Shown here in pieces: positions 56,832 through 64,000 of a stretch of DNA of 64,000 nt. The stretch lies in NCBI GenBank assembly GCA_963662405.2, contig CAXXKT010000001.1, positions 1,920,001-1,984,000 of the forward strand. The letters run 5' to 3'. Both the position numbers and the translations under genes were made by a program. Under the pieces are notes generated by a model. That model saw only the letters and a program-made list of their open reading frames with translations. It did not search any database and was not told the DNA's origin. The DNA is from Syntrophales bacterium (lineage in GTDB: Bacteria > Desulfobacterota > Syntrophia > Syntrophales > UBA2210). Within the stretch, counting starts at the first letter, position 1. Each line of letters starts with the position of its first letter.

Positions 56832-57887
56832 ATGAACACAGTGCGCGTGGGGATTATACTGGGGGGGATGTCTTCCGAGAAGGAGGTCTCGCTCAACAGC
56901 GGGAGGAATGTGTACGATAACCTGGACCGGGAACGGTACGAGCCCGTCCCGATCTTTATGGACGGCGAGGGAAGGTTGTGGGTGATCCCCTGGCAGTTGG
57001 TGTCGCAGAACACGACGGCTGATATCGCCGATCACTTGAAGGAGGCGCGGCGGATTTCATACGAAGGCCTGAGCGGCGAGATCGACTTCGCCTTCATCTC
57101 TCTCCACGGGAAATACGGTGACGATGGGTGTATCCAGGGGCTTTTGGAAATCCTGGGAATTCCCTATACCGGTCCCGGCGTCCTGGCCTCCGCCCTGGGA
57201 ATGGACAAGGATGCGCAGCAGAAAATCCTGAAGGCGGCGGGGATCGATGTCCCTGAGAGTATGACGGTCGGCGAAGGAGAATGGTTGCGGGATCGAGAAG
57301 CCGCCCGGCAAAGGATAGAAAAGGAATTCACAATCCCGTTTGTTGTCAAGCCGATCAGAGAGGGGTCGAGCATGGGGGTGACTATCGTACGGGACCCGGG
57401 GATGCTGGATACCGCGATGGCCGGGGCCTTCGCATGGGACCGGGTGGTTCTGGTTGAGGAATATCTGGACGGGACCGAGTTTTCGTGCATTGTCCTGGAG
57501 AGGGAGGAGGGACCTGAGGTCCTCGGGGTAACCGAGATCCACCCGCAGAGCGATTTCTACTCGTACGATGACAAATATATGCCGGGGAGGTGCAGCAAAT
57601 TTACTCCCCCCCGGAATATCCCCGCAGAGGTGGTCGCCCGAATCGAGGAGCGGGTGGTCGAGGCCTTCACGATCCTGGGATTCAGGTCGTACGGGCGGAT
57701 TGACGGGTTTGTCCTGACCGACGGACGGGTCCTGATCACCGACCCGAATTCATCCTCGGGGATGGCACCGTCGTCCTTCTTTTTCGAGCAGGCCGCGGAG
57801 GCAGGGATGCTCCCCCCCATGATCCTGTCCGAGCTGATCGAGATCTCGATCAGGGGTCACGGCGGGAAAAAAGGCCCGCTGCAATAG
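56832..57887 (+). CDS. ddl: D-Ala-D-Ala ligase family protein (paralog 1)
   Basis: GGMSSEKEVSL, LHGKYGDDG, MDK, EGSSMG, YSYDDKY, GRID. Confidence 0.88.
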   Translation: MNTVRVGIILGGMSSEKEVSLNSGRNVYDNLDRERYEPVPIFMDGEGRLWVIPWQLVSQNTTADIADHLKEARRISYEGLSGEIDFAFISLHGKYGDDGCIQGLLEILGIPYTGPGVLASALGMDKDAQQKILKAAGIDVPESMTVGEGEWLRDREAARQRIEKEFTIPFVVKPIREGSSMGVTIVRDPGMLDTAMAGAFAWDRVVLVEEYLDGTEFSCIVLEREEGPEVLGVTEIHPQSDFYSYDDKYMPGRCSKFTPPRNIPAEVVARIEERVVEAFTILGFRSYGRIDGFVLTDGRVLITDPNSSSGMAPSSFFFEQAAEAGMLPPMILSELIEISIRGHGGKKGPLQ

Positions 57888-57999
57888 GGACAAGAGAAAA
57901 ACCGCGGACTGAGAGGAAGCAGGTAACGGAATGATAATGCATGACGATGAGGGTGTATATCCCGTGGTCACCTGACGAACAGTTAGTGATGGAGTAACA

Positions 58000-59070
58000 A
58001 TGGTTGTGGAGCAAACAAAAACCGGAAAAATGAGGGTCGGGGTCATCATGGGAGGGATCTCTTCTGAAAAGGAGGTTTCCCTCGAGAGTGGGAGAAACAT
58101 CTTCAGCAAGATAGACCGGAAAGAGTATGAACCCCTTCCGATCTTTATGGACAGCCGGGGGCTCTTATGGGAGATCCCGATCAAGCTGCTGATGCGCAAT
58201 TCCACCGGAGACGTCGAGGCGGATCTGGAGACGGAGGCCAGACGGCTTTTTTATGAAGACCTGAAGGGTGCGGTGGACTTTGTCTACATCGGCCTCCATG
58301 GCAAGTACGGAGAGGATGGTTGCCTGCAGGGGGTGTTGGAACTCTTGAAGGTCCCCTATGCCGGCTCAGGGGTTTTGGGATCGGCGCTTGGCGCCGATAA
58401 ATACGTCTCACGGAAGATCCTTGCCATGAGCGGCCTGGATGTCCCGCGGACGAAGGCCGTTTCGCTCAAGGAATGGGGAGAGAACCGCGATGATATCATC
58501 GCCGGAATCGAAGAACGGATCGGATTCCCCTGTGTGGTAAAACCGACCCGGGAGGGGTGCAGCACGACGGTGAAGAAGGTCGTTTCCGCGGCGGGTATCG
58601 AGAGCGCCCTCCTGGCCGCCTTTCAATGGGACACCGTGGCCCTGGTCGAGGAATTCATTTCAGGAACGGAGGTTACGTGCGGTGTTCTCGGGAACGATAC
58701 CCCCGAAGCCTTTGTCCCCTCCGAGACGATACCGACGCAGGGAATTCTTTCGCTGGAGGATAAATTCCTGTATGGTCAGGGAGAGAATAAGACCCCCGCG
58801 CGGCTCCCGGAGGATACCCTTCGGATGATACAGGATGTGGCAGTCAGGACCTTTCAGGTCCTGGGGCTGAAGGTATATGCCCGGATTGATATGTTTGTCA
58901 CCGGTGACGGGCGCATTGTCGTTCTCGAGCCGAATAGTCTTCCGGGGATGACCCCCTCGACGGTCCTCTTTCACCAGGCGGCCGCCGCGGGGATTACGCA
59001 GACCGAGCTGATCACCAGGATCATACGGCTATCGCTCGAAGCACACGCGAATAAGAGAGGGCCGCTGTAG
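58000..59070 (+). CDS. ddl: D-Ala-D-Ala ligase family protein (paralog 2)
   Basis: GGISSEKEVSL, LHGKYGEDG, LEDKF, ARID, EPNSLPG. Confidence 0.88.
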   Translation: MVVEQTKTGKMRVGVIMGGISSEKEVSLESGRNIFSKIDRKEYEPLPIFMDSRGLLWEIPIKLLMRNSTGDVEADLETEARRLFYEDLKGAVDFVYIGLHGKYGEDGCLQGVLELLKVPYAGSGVLGSALGADKYVSRKILAMSGLDVPRTKAVSLKEWGENRDDIIAGIEERIGFPCVVKPTREGCSTTVKKVVSAAGIESALLAAFQWDTVALVEEFISGTEVTCGVLGNDTPEAFVPSETIPTQGILSLEDKFLYGQGENKTPARLPEDTLRMIQDVAVRTFQVLGLKVYARIDMFVTGDGRIVVLEPNSLPGMTPSTVLFHQAAAAGITQTELITRIIRLSLEAHANKRGPL

Positions 59071-59082
59071 GCCGGGTGGTGT

Positions 59083-59862
59083 ATGAACAGGATTTTCGCG
59101 GCAATCGACAGATTCGGGAAGGTTGTCCTCGAGAACATCGAGGAAATGGGGAAGATCCTGATCCTGTTCCTCTCCGTCCTGATGTGGATGGTGCGTCCCC
59201 CCCTGAAACTGCGCCTGATCTTCAAGCAGATGGAGTTTGTCGGGGTCAAGTCCATCTTCGTCGTTGTCCTCACGGGTACCTTCACCGGGATGGTCATGGC
59301 GCTGCAGGGGTACTACGGATTTCGGATGTTCAATGCGGAGAGCCTTGTCGGTTCTACCGTCGCCCTGGGAATGACCCGGGAGCTGGGGCCGGTTCTCACC
59401 TCCCTGATGGTGACCGCTCGGGCGGGGTCCGCCATGGCCGCCGAACTGGGGACGATGCGCGTTACTGAACAGATCGACGCCCTGTCTGTGATGGCCACAA
59501 ACCCCGTCAAGCACCTGATCGTCCCGCGGATCATCGCGGGGGTGGTCATGCTCCCGGCCCTTACCATCGTCTCCGACTTTATGGGGATCCTTGGTGGATA
59601 CTTTGTGGGGGTGCCGATTCTGCATATCAATGAAGGTGCCTTTGTAAAGAATATTACGAAGATGGTGGATCTGGACGATTTATATAACGGCCTGATCAAG
59701 GCGGCCGTCTTCGGGTTGATCCTGTCCCTGGTCGGGTGCTACAAGGGGTTCAACACGACGGGAGGCGCCGAGGGGGTGGGGAAGGCCACCACGGAGGCGG
59801 TGGTCCTCGCGTCGATATCGATCCTGATCAGCGATTATTTTCTGACGGCGATTATGTTTTAA
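59083..59862 (+). CDS. mlaE: MlaE family ABC permease
   Basis: RELGPVLT, AELGTMRVTEQIDAL, GAEGVGKATT. Confidence 0.93.
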   Translation: MNRIFAAIDRFGKVVLENIEEMGKILILFLSVLMWMVRPPLKLRLIFKQMEFVGVKSIFVVVLTGTFTGMVMALQGYYGFRMFNAESLVGSTVALGMTRELGPVLTSLMVTARAGSAMAAELGTMRVTEQIDALSVMATNPVKHLIVPRIIAGVVMLPALTIVSDFMGILGGYFVGVPILHINEGAFVKNITKMVDLDDLYNGLIKAAVFGLILSLVGCYKGFNTTGGAEGVGKATTEAVVLASISILISDYFLTAIMF

Positions 59863-59895
59863 GAAGGAATTTCCGTGGGGCGAGTGGGAAACGAT

Positions 59896-60642
59896 ATGAT
59901 CAGACTGGTTGATGTCCACAAGTCGTTCGGGCGGCAGAGGGTTCTCGACGGTATCGATCTCGGTATAGAGGAAGGAAAAACCACCGTCATCATCGGCGGG
60001 AGTGGCGGGGGGAAGTCCGTTCTCCTGAAGCATATCATCGGTCTCTTGCGCCCCGACAGCGGCCAGGTGCTGGTGGACGGTGTGGATATCGCTGCGTTGA
60101 ACGACCGGGATCTGAATGAGATCCGGAAGAAATTCGGGATGCTCTTCCAGGAGGCGGCCCTTTTCGACTCAATGAACGTCAGGGAGAATGTCGCCTTCCC
60201 CCTGAGAGAGCATACCAAAAAGAAGGAAGGCGAGATCCGACGGATCGTGGCCGAGCGGCTGAAGGCGGTCGGTCTTCCCGGTGTCGAGGATAAGATGCCG
60301 TCTGAACTGAGCGGCGGGATGCGCAAGAGGGTAGGGCTGGCCAGGGCGATCGCCCTGCATCCGCAGATTGTGCTCTTCGATGAGCCCACCACCGGCCTGG
60401 ACCCCGTGATGACCGAGGCGATCAACGAACTCATCATCAAGACTCAGAAAGACTTCAATCTCACCTGTGTGGTGATCAGTCATGATGTCCAGTCGATCTT
60501 TACGGTGGGACACAAGATCGCCATGCTCTATCAGGGAAAGATCATTGAGCATGGAACCGCCGAAGAGATACGGAGATCTTCCAATCCGGTGCTCAGGCAG
60601 TTTCTCTCCGGGAGTCTTGAAGGACCGATCAATGTGATGTAA
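59896..60642 (+). CDS. mlaF: MlaF family ABC ATPase
   Basis: GGSGGGKS, LSGGMRKRVGLARA, FDEPTTGLDP. Confidence 0.93.
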   Translation: MIRLVDVHKSFGRQRVLDGIDLGIEEGKTTVIIGGSGGGKSVLLKHIIGLLRPDSGQVLVDGVDIAALNDRDLNEIRKKFGMLFQEAALFDSMNVRENVAFPLREHTKKKEGEIRRIVAERLKAVGLPGVEDKMPSELSGGMRKRVGLARAIALHPQIVLFDEPTTGLDPVMTEAINELIIKTQKDFNLTCVVISHDVQSIFTVGHKIAMLYQGKIIEHGTAEEIRRSSNPVLRQFLSGSLEGPINVM

Positions 60643-60687
60643 GGTACGTGGAATAAAGCGGTATAAAACACACCCCGGCGGTGAATA

Positions 60688-62228
60688 ATGGAAAGAAAGT
60701 TGTCGTCAATCAGCGCGGAAGCAAAGGTGGGCCTGTTTGTTCTGGTGGCGTTGATCATACTGGGGTACATGTCGTTCAGGGTCGGCGAACAAGGGTTCGG
60801 CCTGAAGAAGGGGTATCCGGTCACGGTGATATTCGATAACGCGACAGGCCTTGAAAAGGATGCCTCCGTGCAGATAGCGGGTGTCGAGGTCGGGCGGGTC
60901 GAGGATATCTCGCTCAAGAACGGCAAGGCCCGGGTCACGCTCCGGATCCTTCCGGAGATAAAGCTGGAGAAGGACACACGGGCCAAGATAAAGGCGTACG
61001 GTATCCTGGGGGACAAGTATGTCGATATCGTACCCGGAACCCCGGGCGAGACCTATATCGCGGCGGGCGGGGACATCGCCAGGGTGGAACAGCAGGCAGA
61101 TATCGACAAGCTACTCAGCGAGCTGGGGACCATAGCAGGCGATGTCATGGAGGTGACGGCTTCACTGAAAAAGACCGTCGGAAGCGCGGAAGGTGAAGAA
61201 AACCTCAGGGTGATCATCGACAACACTCGGATTATCACGGAGGACCTCAGCCGGATCGTGAAACAGAACGATGCCAAACTCAACCTGATGGTCGAGAATC
61301 TCAGCGAGGCCTCGATGGAGATGCGCAGGGCCTTTGCATCGCTCAACCGTATCGTGGAAGGGATTGACCGGGGGGAGGGGACCATCGGCCAACTGATCGA
61401 GAACCGGGATGTCTTTGACAACCTCAATCAGACGCTTGTCTCGCTCAGGGATATTACGGACAAGATCAACCGGGGTGAAGGCTCGATCGGAAAACTGGTC
61501 AATGACGGTGGTACCGTTGACAACCTCGAGCAGACGCTTGCATCGCTGAGGGATATTACGGACAAGATCAACCGGGGTGAGGGCTCGATCGGAAAACTGG
61601 TCAATGACGAAGACACCGTCGATAATCTGAACGCAAGCCTCAATAGCGTCGAGACGAGTATGGAGGGGATAAACCGGTTTGTATCGAAGTCCGAACAATT
61701 CAGGACCTTTCTCGGATACCGAGGGGAATACCTCTTCGACGAGGGTGACGGAAAGGGGTATTTGACCCTCACTATACGGCCGAAGGAGGATTATTTCTAT
61801 ATTCTCGGTTTTGTCGCCGATCCCCGGGGCGAACGGACCGTGACCGAGGCTACGGTGGGCGGTGTCACCACAAGGACAGAAAAGTGGGAGGAGGATGAAC
61901 TCCTCTTTACCGCTCAGATCGGCAAGAGATTCAAGGATATTGCCCTCAGGGGAGGCGTCTTTGAATCGACGGGAGGGATCGGGGTGGACTATTTTGCCCT
62001 TGACGACCGCCTGCAGTTCACCTTCGAGGCCTTTGACTTCGGCAGTGACCGGAACGCGCACCTCAAGGCATACGCAGAATACGGCTCATGAGGCACCTCT
62101 ACCTGTCGGCGGGTTGGGATGACTTTATCAGTGACGAGGGGAACGAATCTCCTTTTGTCGGACTGGCAATCAAGTTTGAAGACGAGGACCTCAAATATCT
62201 CCTCGGCAGTGTGCCAATGCCGAACTAG
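60688..62228 (+). CDS. mlaD: MlaD/MCE family protein with apparent 1-nt frameshift near 62082
   Basis: MCE motif GLEKDASVQIAGVEVGRV...GILGDKYV; 34-aa repeats; C-terminus MRHLYLSAGWDDF...EDEDLKYLLG lies in another frame. Confidence 0.85.
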
Positions 62229-62346
62229 CTGAGCGGGGAGCTGAAAATCCCCGGGATTGATACGCGCAGGATATCCCGATGGTACCCCCTTGACATTTTC
62301 CGGTATGTGTATATATTACGACCGCGGTTTGATGGGACGGTGTTGA

Positions 62347-62913
62347 ATGAGGTGCTTCAGTCCACCGCAAATATCCCTTGTCGGGACGACTTTTCGATGT
62401 GCGGAGGAGTTGGCTGAGGATTATTTTCATCTTGGCAGAAGGGGTCTTAAGGCCCATCGGTACGAGGTGAAGACCCTTGCCCATCTGAGCGATCAGGAGG
62501 TGGACGGTACCGCGTTTGCTCACCTGTGCCGGTATCAGTACCGGAAAGAAGGCAAGGCCGATCATCCTGACAACTTCTACTTTTTCAAGATTTGTCTCCA
62601 GGATGACCGGATCCTCGATGCGGTGAAACGAAGCGAGTCATTTGTCAAGCTGGAGCCCCTCATGCTCTATATCGCGGCGCACGAGTTGGTTCATGTCATT
62701 CGTTTCAACAACAGTCAGGCCGATTTCGACGCGCCTTTCGAGGAAAAGGTTGTCGAGGAAGAGAAGGTCCATTCGATTACCCGGAGTATGCTGAAGCCGA
62801 TAGCGGGGACGGATGTGAATCTCGTGCTCGAGTGCTTCAGTGATCGCTATCGAATTGGAGATATCTATAATGCCCGCTCATCCGAAAGGGATGATGCGGA
62901 GAGCGGGCACTGA
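62347..62913 (+). CDS. Hypothetical protein with HExxH motif
   Basis: YIAAHELVHVIRF; upstream TTGACA-N17-TATATT promoter. Confidence 0.75.
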   Translation: MRCFSPPQISLVGTTFRCAEELAEDYFHLGRRGLKAHRYEVKTLAHLSDQEVDGTAFAHLCRYQYRKEGKADHPDNFYFFKICLQDDRILDAVKRSESFVKLEPLMLYIAAHELVHVIRFNNSQADFDAPFEEKVVEEEKVHSITRSMLKPIAGTDVNLVLECFSDRYRIGDIYNARSSERDDAESGH

Positions 62914-62941
62914 TAAATTGTCTGGCGGAGGTGGTAGTTAT

Positions 62942-63223
62942 ATGCCTATTTATGAGTATCAATGCAAGAAATGTGGAAAGAAATTCGAAGTTTTTCAGGG
63001 AATCACGGACGGAGAGATCAAAAACTGTAAGTTCTGTGACGGGACGGTTAGTAAACTGATATCCCTCACCTCATTTCACCTCAAGGGATCGGGGTGGTAT
63101 GTGACCGACTACGGCGGAAAGAAACCGTCCGTATCCGAGGCACCTAACAACGATTCGTCCTCCACATCAAGCGAGACAGCGTCCGTGCCGGACCCCAAAC
63201 CATCTTCCGAAAAGAGTGAATAA
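62942..63223 (+). CDS. FmdB family zinc-ribbon protein
   Basis: MPIYEYQCKKCG...CKFC...FHLKGSGWYVTDY. Confidence 0.9.
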   Translation: MPIYEYQCKKCGKKFEVFQGITDGEIKNCKFCDGTVSKLISLTSFHLKGSGWYVTDYGGKKPSVSEAPNNDSSSTSSETASVPDPKPSSEKSE

Positions 63224-63265
63224 CGGAGGCGTTGCCTCTCCAGGTTATGGCCGGGAATCCTCTTG

Positions 63266-64000
63266 TCACGAGGGTTCTCGGCTTTCTCGCTTGATCCCCC
63301 CGCTGTGTTCTTCCCTCAGCAGGTCATCCACGGTTTTCACGGGATTGAATGTTGCGGAAGGCACCGCCACGAAGACGGTGTTCCACCGTGCCATGGCGCC
63401 ATTCCACAGACCGGGAAGTTCCAGGGCCTTCAGAGGTCGTCCTTCGGATGACTTGTGTGCGATAATCCGCGTGTTCCCGTCGACGTACCGTTTGAGGTCG
63501 AACTTTTCGCCCCGAAAATCCCGGGTGCCGCACACCAGGTCGACGGGATTGAAGTACGTGGATGATTTCCAGATGGCGCGCTGTCGTTTCGATTGATCAA
63601 CCTGTACCTCTTCCACAATCTGCAGTGACCGAGTCCCGTCCGGTTCCTCCACCCAGAAGGGGCCTCCTCCCGGCTCCCCCTCGTTTTTCACCATACCGCA
63701 GACACGCAGGGGGCGGTTCAGGATATCGAAGAGCATGTTTTTTTTCCGTGTCCCGGTACAGGTGTAAAAAACCTGCGGAAGCGTGCGGGACAGCCGTTCA
63801 CGGCAGAAGAGGGCGGTTTGGGAAAGGTCCGAATCATCCGGCTCTCCGTCGCTCAAGAGACGCAGGTGGTGAAAGATCTCTTCCTGAAGCGTCACGAGAT
63901 ACCCCCCGAGGACTTTTTTGTGGAGCACCGTCTCCGGCTTGAAACGATCGGGGACGACATTATCGATATTCTTGATGAAGATGATGTCTTCTTCGATAAG
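63266..64000 (-). CDS. DUF4301 family protein (runs off the right edge)
   Basis: FIKNIDNVVPD, RPLRVCGMVKNEGEPGGGPFW, LELPGLWNGAMA, FNPVKTV. Confidence 0.9.
   Translation of the reverse strand, partial: LIEEDIIFIKNIDNVVPDRFKPETVLHKKVLGGYLVTLQEEIFHHLRLLSDGEPDDSDLSQTALFCRERLSRTLPQVFYTCTGTRKKNMLFDILNRPLRVCGMVKNEGEPGGGPFWVEEPDGTRSLQIVEEVQVDQSKRQRAIWKSSTYFNPVDLVCGTRDFRGEKFDLKRYVDGNTRIIAHKSSEGRPLKALELPGLWNGAMARWNTVFVAVPSATFNPVKTVDDLLREEHSGGIKRESREPS

Overview
Bacterial chromosome segment, probably from an anaerobic Desulfobacterota/Syntrophales-type organism (inferred from gene content). Core genes sit on both flanks: tex, amidohydrolase/EF-hand/PEP-CTERM, rhlE, DAC-YbbR plus DHH on the left; alr fusion, two ddl paralogs, mlaEFD and DUF4301 on the right. 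Between them is a ~38.8-kb element integrated at tRNA-Thr(CGT), bounded by 63-bp direct repeats at 15757-15819 and 54524-54586. Its right half is a lambdoid-type phage chassis: integrase, CI/Cro/CII-like regulators, primase-helicase, iteron origin, a lambda-like cosQ/cosN, two methyltransferases, and TerS-like/TerL terminase. I recognise no portal, capsid or tail gene. Where those would be expected lies ~21 kb of cargo: c-di-GMP enzymes, SIR2/TIR/nuclease/2TM defence candidates and a toxin-antitoxin pair. Four cargo units are integron gene cassettes (attC with matching upstream GTT cores), although the window has no integron integrase. The cargo is punctuated by two related non-coding repeat families, one starting with the att core and carrying the motif also found at the att ends. 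All product calls come from motif recognition by eye; no searches were run.
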